In this document: piece after piece, positions 38,058 through 47,379 of the stretch | Layout of the letters: each line of letters begins with the position of its first letter | How positions within the stretch are numbered: the stretch's first letter is position 1 | Source of the DNA: Cyanobacteria bacterium UBA3803 | GTDB lineage: Bacteria > Cyanobacteriota > Vampirovibrionia > Gastranaerophilales > Gastranaerophilaceae | Assembly: GCA_002369055.1 (NCBI GenBank) | Contig: DFEL01000028.1 | Location: 1 to 53,768 of the forward strand | Reading direction: 5' to 3' | DNA length: 53,768 nucleotides | The notes under the pieces: generated by a model | Database searches by the model: none | What the model was told of the DNA's origin: nothing | What the model saw: the letters and a program-made list of their open reading frames with translations, nothing else | Position numbers and translations under genes: made by a program

Positions 38058-40007
38058 TTAAAAATAAATAAATTCATAAAATTTATCAGAAGTTGTATTA
38101 TCTTCATAATAAATATCCAAGGTTTCTTGAATTTTTTGGGCAGTTGACTCATCTCCATAAACATGTATATATAATTTATTAATAGCACGGCTGCAAGCTA
38201 CATATGCTATTCGGAGATACTCTTCATATGCTGGGTTATTTTCAATAATTGCTTTTTGACTAAAAAATATTTCTTCAGGTTTAAAATCTTTTTCAGGGCT
38301 TGAACGACTAGAAAATGGTTCTAAATTAACTAAAACACTATCAAATTCACTACCCTTAGATTTGTGAACAGTCATATATTTTGATTCTTCTGAAAACAAT
38401 TCTAACACTATTTTTTTTGCACAAGCATAGGTCAATTCATCAACCTGCTTGTATATGGGTTCAAAATAATTTTCACTACCAACATCAGGATATTTAAATC
38501 GCTCAATTATATTTATACCATTAACTTGCAACAGATTGTCATTAGCGTTTGTTATAATATCTTTTATATTCTTATTATCTAAACTTTTCGCAAAAAACTG
38601 TTCCAAATTTTTTATGAGCAACTGGACTTTTATTAGTTTACTTTGCTCAAAATCTTTAAAAAGATCTTTAATATCAAGATATTTTTCTATAATTTTTAAA
38701 ATTTTTGGGATGTTTTTTGACTTAAAGGCTTTTTCTAAATTCGCTATATCTAAAGTTGAAACAATCCAATCTTCATGCGGAAATTCTATCTCTTTAGATA
38801 AATCCCTATGTGCATTATATGTATAAGCATTATATACATTGTTTATTATTTTTTTTTGTTCATCCGTTACATCATCAATATAATTAAATGCCTCTGACCA
38901 TTTTCTGCAAATTATTCTTGTATTTTGTTGTATTATTTCTTTTAATGGTTTTTCAAAACAGGATTTATTTTTTTGAATTAAAAAAGTAACTTTTGCGTTG
39001 TTGTCAGTATTTTTAATACATTCCTGTTTAAATTCAGAATCAACTTTTTGTCTGATAAAGTTAATTAAATGAATAATATTTTGAGTACTCCTACGATTCC
39101 CCTCTATATCTTTTGTAATAATTGGTTTTTTTGACTTTAGACGAAAATTTTTAAATTCTTGGTAAGTCGCTCCTTGAAATGAAAAAATAGATTGTGCAAT
39201 GTCGCCTACAACCATAACTGATGCTTCTTTTTCTGATATTAAATCTAAAATCCTGTTTTGTATAGGGTTTGTATCTTGATACTCATCCATTAAGATGTAT
39301 GGAAACTCTGCTCTTAACATATAAACAACAATAGGATATTTTTCAATCAACATCAAACCAAAATATAAAATTTCATCAAAATCAATTTTGCCAGCGACTC
39401 CCCATATATATTTTTTAATAATAGTTGCAAGCATATCCGAAATATTATAATGAGCTATATGAACATCACCTTCAAGATTAAATGGGTACGTATTTATTTC
39501 ACTTATATCTATTTTTATCTCACACATTTTTGAACGTGATAAAGTATTATATTCATTTTCTTTTATATCTTGGTTTTCGTTTTGTATAAAATTATATACA
39601 TCTTCTTTTGTGTGTCCACTTAAAACACTATAACCTTCTTGTCTAGATGATATTTTTATATTTTGTGGAATATCAATATTAAATTTTTCTTTTATAAATA
39701 ATTTTAATTGTTTTTGGTATGGATTAATAATGTATTCATTAATAAATGCGTGAATAGTAGATACAACAACATATTTAGAATAAGAACCCAGTCTTTTATT
39801 TATTTCTTCTACAGCAGCATTCGTATATGTAATACAAAGAATTTTGCGTTCATTATTTTCTTTTATACGCTTACTATTTTTTATAATATTTTTAATATTT
39901 TCAATCAATAAATGAGTTTTTCCTGCGCCAGGACCAGCAAATATACGTATATTTTTATCATCTTCATATATCTTCAAATCATCGGCAGATGTTATTTTTT
40001 CAGCCAT
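38058..40007 (-). CDS. gajB: UvrD/PcrA/Rep-like superfamily 1 helicase, Gabija GajB-like
   Basis: 649 aa. Motif I AGPGAGKT, Ia ITYTNAA, II MDEYQDTN, III VGDIAQSIFSFQGA and V/VI TVHKSKGSEFD / YVACSRA. Overlaps the upstream OLD-nuclease gene by 16 nt. Confidence 0.78.
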   Translation of the reverse strand: MAEKITSADDLKIYEDDKNIRIFAGPGAGKTHLLIENIKNIIKNSKRIKENNERKILCITYTNAAVEEINKRLGSYSKYVVVSTIHAFINEYIINPYQKQLKLFIKEKFNIDIPQNIKISSRQEGYSVLSGHTKEDVYNFIQNENQDIKENEYNTLSRSKMCEIKIDISEINTYPFNLEGDVHIAHYNISDMLATIIKKYIWGVAGKIDFDEILYFGLMLIEKYPIVVYMLRAEFPYILMDEYQDTNPIQNRILDLISEKEASVMVVGDIAQSIFSFQGATYQEFKNFRLKSKKPIITKDIEGNRRSTQNIIHLINFIRQKVDSEFKQECIKNTDNNAKVTFLIQKNKSCFEKPLKEIIQQNTRIICRKWSEAFNYIDDVTDEQKKIINNVYNAYTYNAHRDLSKEIEFPHEDWIVSTLDIANLEKAFKSKNIPKILKIIEKYLDIKDLFKDFEQSKLIKVQLLIKNLEQFFAKSLDNKNIKDIITNANDNLLQVNGINIIERFKYPDVGSENYFEPIYKQVDELTYACAKKIVLELFSEESKYMTVHKSKGSEFDSVLVNLEPFSSRSSPEKDFKPEEIFFSQKAIIENNPAYEEYLRIAYVACSRAINKLYIHVYGDESTAQKIQETLDIYYEDNTTSDKFYEFIYF

Positions 40008-42004
40008 TCAAGACCTTTCTTAATATATTCTGGAATTCTAAGTTCTTCTACAAAATCACTCATCAATATGTCTAATGCCACAGCACCTTTTTGATTTTTT
40101 GCATATGATAAAAACAAATTTGCAAAAAATAGTTTATTTATTTTTAGTTTTCTATCACTATTTGTCTCAGTATCGTATTTATTTTTATATATTTCCATTA
40201 TTTTTTTAACTTTATCCAAAGTATTGGTTCTAACTATTTTATCAAGATTGTTATGCCAAAAGTCAATCGAAAGATTTTTTCTTAAATCCGTATTATAAAC
40301 AGCTTTAGGCAAAACTGAACACAAAAGTTTTTTACATATAGTATCTTTATTAATGCCCATGTCTTCATTCATAAAATTATCAATAAATAATTCACTTTCA
40401 AAAGTACAACCACCATTTTTTTGAGTGATAATATTAATATTAGCTGATGCCCTATAATATCGCCTTAAAATAGAAGGCATATCTTGATACTTTTTATAGT
40501 TATATAAATAATCAGTATCACAATCTCGTATACAAAGAATTTTGTTTTTAGTTTCTTTAAATAGATTCAAAAAAGGTCTAAAATTTATTCCGCCAACTTC
40601 GACAACTGAAATATGTTCATTAACAAGGTTAAATCCCTCTTTTTGAGCAAAAAATGGTAATAAAAGTTTTTCTGTTAAACCTTCAACTAAAATAATTTTT
40701 TCTGTAAATAACATGTCACTTCGTGTAACATCTAAAAATTTTGCAAGGTGCTTTTTATCATCGTTCAAGCATTTCTGTTGCTCATTATCACCAGATATAA
40801 ATTTCATTTTTAAATTTTCCGCATTAACATTGCAGTTAGCTCTTTCTCTATAATAATGAAGCGAAATAATATCATCAATATTTGAAGATGCAGAAATATT
40901 AGGAGAGTGTGTAGTTATAATAATTTGATTTTTGATTTTTTCATCTTGTAAATCTTCCAGATTTTGCAAATATTTAAAAAGTTGATATTGCATAGCAGGA
41001 TGCAAATGGGCTTCTGGTTCTTCTATAAGTAAAATATTATAGTCATCAGCCATTTTAAATTGCAAAATGTTATATATTTGTATTAAATTATTGTAACCAA
41101 GCCCATTGTTTTCTAATGGTAGATTGTAATTCATGTCTTTATCTATTAAATGAAACTGAAAGTGTTCTTCTAAAGGTGCATCATATTTAAAACTCGGTTC
41201 AAGTATATTATTTCCCTTACTAATACCAATACAATCTTGTCCTTTTTTAAATTTAGTTTTTATATCATTAATAATTGGTTCAAATTTATTATTAATAGTA
41301 TCAGTTAAATCTCTTTTTATCTCTAAAGCAGAATCTTCATCTTTTATTTTCTTTTTTATGAAAGTTTTTGTCTCTGGCAATAATTTATCTGTTGTTCTGT
41401 CTGCTGGAATAAAATCAATATTAAAAATAGTTTCTATATCGCTATGATTTAATATCGGTTCATTTGCATTATTATAAAAAGTCCATTCATATTTATCCAA
41501 AAATTCTTCAAGTATATTTTCATAATTTTTAAAATATTCTTTTGGCGGTAAGCTTGTTTCGAGCTTTGCGACTTGATTTTTATAGTCATCACAGTATTTG
41601 TTATTCAATTCAAAAGCAATTTTAAATTTTCCTGTAATTTTATATGAATTTTCATTTTCTCCCTTAAGCAAATTACCATCCTCTTCATACACAATAAAAT
41701 TCTTAAGCTTTATTAGAGAACTATCTATTGTCTCTGGGTTGAATGAATGTTCAATAACATAATAGAATTCTATTTTGGGTGGGTTTTCTTTGAATTCTGC
41801 CTGATGTTTATCAAACAAATTATTATAATTAAAGTCAGATATTTTTAATTTGGTAGGGCGACTGTTTAAAAATGCAATTACTTTTAAAAGATTTGTTTTA
41901 CCTGCGTTATTAGGACCAACAATAACATTTACTCCTTCTTTTAGGTAAATTGTTGTGTCATTATAATTTCTATAATTAATTATTCTGATTTGTGAAATTT
42001 TCAT
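39992..42004 (-). CDS. gajA: OLD-family ATP-dependent endonuclease (ABC-type ATPase plus TOPRIM), Gabija GajA-like
   Basis: 670 aa. Walker A GPNNAGKT, Walker B LLIEEPEAHLHP, and C-terminal TOPRIM ILVEGLTEK..VVEVGG..F..IRDCD. Confidence 0.78.
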   Translation of the reverse strand: MKISQIRIINYRNYNDTTIYLKEGVNVIVGPNNAGKTNLLKVIAFLNSRPTKLKISDFNYNNLFDKHQAEFKENPPKIEFYYVIEHSFNPETIDSSLIKLKNFIVYEEDGNLLKGENENSYKITGKFKIAFELNNKYCDDYKNQVAKLETSLPPKEYFKNYENILEEFLDKYEWTFYNNANEPILNHSDIETIFNIDFIPADRTTDKLLPETKTFIKKKIKDEDSALEIKRDLTDTINNKFEPIINDIKTKFKKGQDCIGISKGNNILEPSFKYDAPLEEHFQFHLIDKDMNYNLPLENNGLGYNNLIQIYNILQFKMADDYNILLIEEPEAHLHPAMQYQLFKYLQNLEDLQDEKIKNQIIITTHSPNISASSNIDDIISLHYYRERANCNVNAENLKMKFISGDNEQQKCLNDDKKHLAKFLDVTRSDMLFTEKIILVEGLTEKLLLPFFAQKEGFNLVNEHISVVEVGGINFRPFLNLFKETKNKILCIRDCDTDYLYNYKKYQDMPSILRRYYRASANINIITQKNGGCTFESELFIDNFMNEDMGINKDTICKKLLCSVLPKAVYNTDLRKNLSIDFWHNNLDKIVRTNTLDKVKKIMEIYKNKYDTETNSDRKLKINKLFFANLFLSYAKNQKGAVALDILMSDFVEELRIPEYIKKGLEWLKK

Positions 42005-42630
42005 TAGTATATTTATCCATATTCCTAAGTCGCTATTTTAATTATAACAATTATAAATTTAAGATGTTAATTTTTAATATTATATTTACAAATAATTAAA
42101 GCATAATCTTAGATTGCTTAAAATATAGCTCATATGAATATAAATGATTTCAGTTATCAGATTTAAAATCTTGACTGAAAACGGCAGATTTTAGAGTGTT
42201 TTTTAGTTATTTTTAATATATTTTAATTGAAAAATTTACTGCTATTCAAACGTTATAAACGCTTCCGGCCTACTTCCGAGTTGAAAAATTGCAATTTCAA
42301 ATGGGACTTATTTGTCCTAAATGTGTCATCGCTTTAATATAGAGTATATTTGAGTCTTAGCGATTTGTTCGGATTTATACCGGATTTTTCATTGACAGAA
42401 AGTGGACAAAAAGAGCAGTTTCGTTACATTTGAGTCAATTCGTAAAAAATCGCTAATACCCCAACGTGTCCGCTAACACAGGCTAAATAATTACAATTCA
42501 AATGTCCCAAATAAACCCCAGTTGAGTAAGTGCGCTTGTTCTGGATTTGGAAATTTGACATAAAAGAATGGACTTTTGTAACGTTTACTTGTTAGTTAAT
42601 TCTCAAAATATTCAATAAAAAGGATTGCAA

Positions 42631-42878
42631 ATATTCCGCAAAGACAAATACAAATTCTGACTCATGTGCAATTGGCACAGCTTTTTAAAATAACAAACAA
42701 AAAATATCCGTACCTTATTCCGATTATTCAAGAATTAATTATATTAAAACAACCTTTGAACGACTTTTTAAGAGGCAATGAACAAGAAAAGAAAGCCATA
42801 AAACGCAAAATCAGAAAAGACTTTTATAAAATCAAACAGGAACTAGGTTTAATAAATTATATGTTTGATGATTTGAGG
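42631..42878 (+). repeat. Direct repeat copy 2 (integrase-remnant core)
   Basis: See 36667..36914. Both copies end at ..TATGTTTGATGATTTGAGG and then diverge. Confidence 0.8.
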
Positions 42879-42986
42879 TTCTGTCAAAAATGTGCAAAAC
42901 ATGATGAAAAGTCGTGTCAAAAATGTGCAAAACATGATGAAAAGTCGTGTAAAAAATGTGCAACTTGTGATATAATAAACTTATAA
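42666..42986 (+). pseudogene. Second integrase-remnant ORF fused to a 33-bp tandem repeat
   Basis: GTG-initiated 106-aa ORF. Residues 1-73 are paralogous to the 36.7-kb remnant, and the tail is the repeat-encoded CQKCAKHDEKS x2. Unlikely to be a functional gene. Confidence 0.5.
42883..42964 (+). repeat. 33-bp tandem repeat, about 2.5 units
   Basis: GTCAAAAATGTGCAAAACATGATGAAAAGTCGT at 42883-42915 and 42916-42948 is identical. A third partial unit has one mismatch. Confidence 0.9.
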
Positions 42987-43001
42987 AAAGAGGATCAACA
43001 C

Positions 43002-44291
43002 ATGGAAAGATACGCTATAAAACAACTTATTGACTGGAAGAATAAAAAAAATCATAAGCCATTAATAATACAAGGAGCAAGACAAGTCGGTAAAACTTGG
43101 TTGATGCAAGAGTTTGGAAAAAAATATTATGAACAAGTTGCATATATCAACTTTGATGTCGATAAAAAAAGTAAAGAAATTTTTGACACAGACTATGATA
43201 CTAACCGTATTATAATGGATTTGGGATTAGCAACAAAGATTAAAATTAATCCTGAAAATACACTAATAATACTTGATGAAATTCAAGAATGTCCAAGAGC
43301 GTTAACGTCTTTAAAGTATTTTAGAGAAAATGCTCCGCAATATGATATTATTGTTGCCGGTAGCTTGTTAGGTGTTGCTTGTCATGAAGGAACGGGATTC
43401 CCTGTCGGTAAAGTTTCTTTTATGAACCTTTATCCGTTAAGTTTTGAAGAATTTTTATTAGCAATGGACGAATCAAGATTTGTTGAACTTTTAAATAAAA
43501 AAGATTATAAAACTATAAAACTGTTTAATAATAAATATGAAAAGCTTTTAAAACAATATTGTTATGTTGGCGGTATGCCGGAAGTTGTTAGTGATTTTGT
43601 AGAGAACAAAGATTTTATGAGTGTAAGAGAACTACAAAATGAGATTCTAGCTGCTTATGAAGAAGATTTTACAAAACATATTCCTGAAAATACAGTTGCA
43701 AAAATTCGTTTATTATGGAAATCTATTCCTGCACAATTAAGCAAAGAAAATAAGAAATTTATATATGGGGCTGTAAAAGAAGGTGCAAGAGCAAGAGATT
43801 TTGAAGTCGCCCTGTCTTGGTTAATAGATAGCGGTTTAATTTATAGAGTAAATAAAATAACAAAGCCTGACTTACCAATTATAGCTTATGAAGATTTTAG
43901 TGCTTTTAAATTGTTTGTATTAGATGTTGGTTTATTAGGAGCAATGACCGATTTAGAAGCAGAAACTATTATTGATGGAAATCGTATATTTGAAGAATTT
44001 AAAGGTGCTATAGCTGAACAATATGTCCTGCAGCAATTTAAGACTATAAAAGATTTACCGGTATTTTACTGGTCGAACGAAACAAGTCGAGCAGAAGTTG
44101 ATTTTGTTATTCAATTAAAATCAAATGTTGTACCTGTTGAAGTTAAAGCAGAAACAAATTTGCAAGCAAAAAGTTTAAAAGTTTATATGGAAAAATTTAA
44201 GCCGGAATTAGCCATAAGAACATCTTTGGCAGATTATAAAAAGGCCGATAATCTTGTGGATATACCATTGTATACTATAGAAAATGTTTAG
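43002..44291 (+). CDS. AAA-family ATPase of the AAA_14/DUF4143 type
   Basis: 429 aa. Walker A GARQVGKT, Walker B ILDEIQ and a C-terminal ..AEVDFV......VPVEVKA.. nuclease-fold-like DUF4143 pattern. Confidence 0.78.
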   Translation: MERYAIKQLIDWKNKKNHKPLIIQGARQVGKTWLMQEFGKKYYEQVAYINFDVDKKSKEIFDTDYDTNRIIMDLGLATKIKINPENTLIILDEIQECPRALTSLKYFRENAPQYDIIVAGSLLGVACHEGTGFPVGKVSFMNLYPLSFEEFLLAMDESRFVELLNKKDYKTIKLFNNKYEKLLKQYCYVGGMPEVVSDFVENKDFMSVRELQNEILAAYEEDFTKHIPENTVAKIRLLWKSIPAQLSKENKKFIYGAVKEGARARDFEVALSWLIDSGLIYRVNKITKPDLPIIAYEDFSAFKLFVLDVGLLGAMTDLEAETIIDGNRIFEEFKGAIAEQYVLQQFKTIKDLPVFYWSNETSRAEVDFVIQLKSNVVPVEVKAETNLQAKSLKVYMEKFKPELAIRTSLADYKKADNLVDIPLYTIENV

Positions 44292-44453
44292 TTTATATAA
44301 AATATGATTATTGGAGTACCATATGACAGTTCCCTTTTTAACAAAAGAAGATGTAATATGAATCTTAAAAGACGATAGCATAATAGAAGTAGGACCACAA
44401 TTTCAAGGCGGTCAAAAAGCTGTTATTCCAATAATTACAAACAATCATAAATT

Positions 44454-45467
44454 CTATGTCGTTATTGTGTATTGAGATAGCTTCTGCACTGCATCAAGTA
44501 TATTTTTTTTAGGCTTGTGGATATATCTTCTGGTTGTTCTTGGATCTTTATGATCCAAATATTCCTGTATAGTTGCTAAATCTATACCCATTTCGTTCAT
44601 TCGTGAGGCTGTTGTATGTCTTAATTCATGAAATGATATATGCTTAATTCCGCTTTTCTTTACTAATCTTATGAACGATGAATCTACATCTTTATATTTG
44701 TCGTGTGTTAATGGATTTGTAAATACATACTCATTTATACTATTATAAAATAATTCTAATTGTTCTTTTATATCAGGAGTTATAAGTAATTTTCTTGGTT
44801 TACCATTTTTAGTATTCAATGCAATCATATATCCTTGTTTCATATAAACATCTGACCACTTTAAATTTAAAATTTCACCCATTCTCATTCCTGACTGTAT
44901 GCTGATAATGATAAAGGCTTTCATCAACGGATTTGCAATATCTAATAACTTTTTTTCTTCTTCTTTTTCTAAAAATCTTTTTGTAGGATTTACTATCCTT
45001 AATGGTCTTAACCCGCTACAAGGACTTTCTTTTATCTTATGATTGCTTTTTGCAAGTGAAAACATCTTTTTTATATTATTCATCTCTCGGTTTATGCTTG
45101 AATTTTTAACACCGGCTTTCTTTCTTTGAGTTCGATATTTTTCTATGTCTGATACAATTATCTGTTTTAAAGGTTTATTCCCAACAATTTTATAAAAATT
45201 ATCAACTACAACTTTTGCCTCTTTTGGTGAAGCATATACATCATCAGCATATTGTTTATAATCTTCCATTATTTCAGATAGTGTATATACATGATAATTT
45301 TCAGCAGCTATATCATATCCGGATTTTCTTAATTCCGCTTTTGCTATTGTTTCGTAACCAATAACTTCATCTCGAGTAGCATCTTTAAATCTTCTATGGT
45401 AACGTACTCCTCTATACATAAATTCATACTGGTAATATCCGTTTTTTTTGTCTCTTGTTACTGTCAT
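44454..45467 (-). CDS. Tyrosine-type site-specific integrase (phage integrase family)
   Basis: Catalytic ..G.RMGEIL.LKW.D.. and HELRHTTASRM...G.DL..IQ.YLDH.D..TT.RYIH. Start ATG 45467 (MTVTRDKKNGYY, AGGAG 11 nt upstream) is preferred over the track start 45536, which overlaps the xis-like gene. Confidence 0.85.
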   Translation of the reverse strand: MTVTRDKKNGYYQYEFMYRGVRYHRRFKDATRDEVIGYETIAKAELRKSGYDIAAENYHVYTLSEIMEDYKQYADDVYASPKEAKVVVDNFYKIVGNKPLKQIIVSDIEKYRTQRKKAGVKNSSINREMNNIKKMFSLAKSNHKIKESPCSGLRPLRIVNPTKRFLEKEEEKKLLDIANPLMKAFIIISIQSGMRMGEILNLKWSDVYMKQGYMIALNTKNGKPRKLLITPDIKEQLELFYNSINEYVFTNPLTHDKYKDVDSSFIRLVKKSGIKHISFHELRHTTASRMNEMGIDLATIQEYLDHKDPRTTRRYIHKPKKNILDAVQKLSQYTITT

Positions 45468-45523
45468 AATAATATTTACTCCTAAAAACATATTAGCGTT
45501 CATCATGCTGAAACGCAAACTCA

Positions 45524-45703
45524 TTAATTCCCACAAAATACAAATTTTAACAATTCTTGTTTGTTGAAAAGCCAGTATCTACCATGTTTTCCACAGACAT
45601 TTGATGGATAATATCCTTGCTTTGCTTTTCTTTCAATAGTTCTCTTATCCGACTTTAAAAGTTCTGCTACTTCTCTTACATTTAAAATTTCAAAATCACT
45701 CAT
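45524..45703 (-). CDS. Excisionase-family / MerR-like HTH DNA-binding protein
   Basis: 59 aa, below the ORF-track cutoff: MSDFEILNVREVAELLKSDKRTIERKAKQGYYPSNVCGKHGRYWLFNKQELLKFVFCGN. This is the typical ..L...E.A..L.....T......G..P....G....F....L..W/F pattern, directly upstream of the integrase. Confidence 0.65.
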   Translation of the reverse strand: MSDFEILNVREVAELLKSDKRTIERKAKQGYYPSNVCGKHGRYWLFNKQELLKFVFCGN

Positions 45704-45822
45704 TTCCTTATCCTTTCTGTATTAAAACTAATTGTCTTTTACTTTTAGTAAATGTTTGCCTATTTCTATTACTTACAATATACCTGTTTTGAAAATAAAT
45801 TCTGTAACTTTATAATCGCTCG

Positions 45823-45852
45823 ACAAAAAAGTCCTTGTATAACAAGGACTTT
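45823..45852 (-). terminator. Rho-independent terminator after the 369-aa orphan gene
   Basis: Minus strand: AAAGTCCTTG ttata CAAGGACTTT followed by TTTTG. Confidence 0.65.
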
Positions 45853-45910
45853 AGACCTATAAATTAAAATTTTACGAGCGATTTATGAGCGATTAAAACT
45901 GTCAATAATT

Positions 45911-47020
45911 TTAGTTAGAAATTTCATCAAATATAAAAGAAAATTTATCTTCATTATAGACAATATTTCCAATACTTCGAGGTAATAACAAAAGTCTTAT
46001 TTCGGCTATATCACTTTTAGTTAGACTTTTATCAACACTTGCAAGTGTTTTTCTAATTCGGGTGTTAATTTTATTAATTTTGTCTGACATGTATGTTTTA
46101 AAGTATTTAATATCAACAATAGGGTTTGGAACAGATCCATACATTACATTGTAATGATTTGATAAATTATATTTATTTTTTCCTACTTTATATATCAACT
46201 CAATCCACTCTTTACACATATCCATTTGTTTATTGTTTAAATATATTGATAAATCACCATTAAAATCTTTTTTTATTTTAATTGTATAGTAGGTTTCAGC
46301 TTTTGTTTTTTCACCATTAAGTTCATTTGCATATTTATCACGTGCATAATATGTTCTGGCATATTTATTTAACTCCGACAATACTTCGCACATTGCAGAT
46401 GCAAAAAAGTAAGCTGAAAATCTTGTATCTAATTCAAAATAATTTTTTATATAAAAACTTACTACATAAAAAGCTAAACCCTCTGGTATAAATAGGATAT
46501 CATCAAAGAGACCCCCAAAAATATTTACATAAAAATCAATAAGCCTTGGGGAAATCTCAATAGATGCTGGGTAGTCTTTATCACCTAGTGAACTATACAT
46601 AAATAATAAAGGAATATCTAAATATTTTTCACATATGTCTTTTTCTTTGTTCTTAATATGTATACAAATTTCTTTTGCATCAAGGTCAAAAAACTTTTTA
46701 TCAACACACTTTATTACATATTTATTTTCTTTATTTTCTTTTAATTTATTTTCTAAATATTTTATTACATTCGAAGAAACTTCTTTCAGTTCCATTTTAG
46801 CTTCATCATCAGACGCATCCTTTAAAAAAAGTGAAACCTCTTTTTTAAATTTGTTTTTCAATATGGGATCATCCATTATCAAGGTAGAAGAAGAATTCAT
46901 TAATTCTTCTATCTTTTCTATCTTTTTATTTTCTTCCTCATCTTCAAATTCATCGTCCAAAAAGTCATTTATTGATTTGTCAATATTTTCTAATAATTCA
47001 TTGTATTCCATTATAAACAC
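45911..47020 (-). CDS. Hypothetical protein, no recognisable domain
   Basis: 369-aa ORF, very K/N/E/D/I/Y-rich with an acidic N-terminus. It has its own AT-rich upstream region and its own terminator. Confidence 0.55.
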   Translation of the reverse strand: MFIMEYNELLENIDKSINDFLDDEFEDEEENKKIEKIEELMNSSSTLIMDDPILKNKFKKEVSLFLKDASDDEAKMELKEVSSNVIKYLENKLKENKENKYVIKCVDKKFFDLDAKEICIHIKNKEKDICEKYLDIPLLFMYSSLGDKDYPASIEISPRLIDFYVNIFGGLFDDILFIPEGLAFYVVSFYIKNYFELDTRFSAYFFASAMCEVLSELNKYARTYYARDKYANELNGEKTKAETYYTIKIKKDFNGDLSIYLNNKQMDMCKEWIELIYKVGKNKYNLSNHYNVMYGSVPNPIVDIKYFKTYMSDKINKINTRIRKTLASVDKSLTKSDIAEIRLLLLPRSIGNIVYNEDKFSFIFDEISN

Positions 47021-47332
47021 CTTTTTTAATTATGTTACTATTTTTTATACAAATTTATTATTCATTATATTTTATTAAACATAATATTTATTCTGTATAT
47101 TACTATAAGTGAAGTATCTTATCAAGTTTATATAGTCTTTATATAGTGAATTTTGATTTTTTATTATTTTTGTTATAAGTTCATAATATTATAATTAGTA
47201 AATTCTTATGATAATTATCAAATAGACTGTTTTTTTAGGTACGATTTTTGTAAATTGAGGCTGGATACTAAAATGCCTCAAACACATATAAATATGGGTA
47301 ATCTGACACATATTAGATCGCCACGAATTAGT

Positions 47333-47363
47333 AAAAAATCCCTTAAAAATTAAGGGATTTTTA
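47333..47363. terminator. Terminator after the WG-repeat/184-aa operon
   Basis: AAAAAATCCCTTA aaaat TAAGGGATTTTT. Confidence 0.7.
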
Positions 47364-47379
47364 AAAAGCAATTGATTTT

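Noticed and set aside
42883-42964. CRISPR array
   Set aside because: The repeats are directly adjacent with no spacers. There are only about 2.5 units, and they lie in frame inside a pseudogene ORF.
44359-44361. TGA read as a sense codon (alternative genetic code)
   Set aside because: Several confident genes terminate at TGA, including an ATGA stop/start overlap at 27219-27222. The standard bacterial code applies.
45814-45894. GAGCGATT motif at 45876 and 45887 (direct) and 45814 (inverted), with related TAGCGATT at 42357 and 42448, as a recombinase or repressor site
   Set aside because: A 7-8-mer of this composition is expected a handful of times in 2 x 54 kb by chance. Only the 11-bp-phased pair is mildly suggestive, which is not enough to call.
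47257-47334. 25-aa plus-strand ORF (MPQTHINMGNLTHIRSPRISKKSLKN) in the intergenic region upstream of the 369-aa gene
   Set aside because: It has no SD and no hydrophobic or structured character. It is probably a chance ORF.
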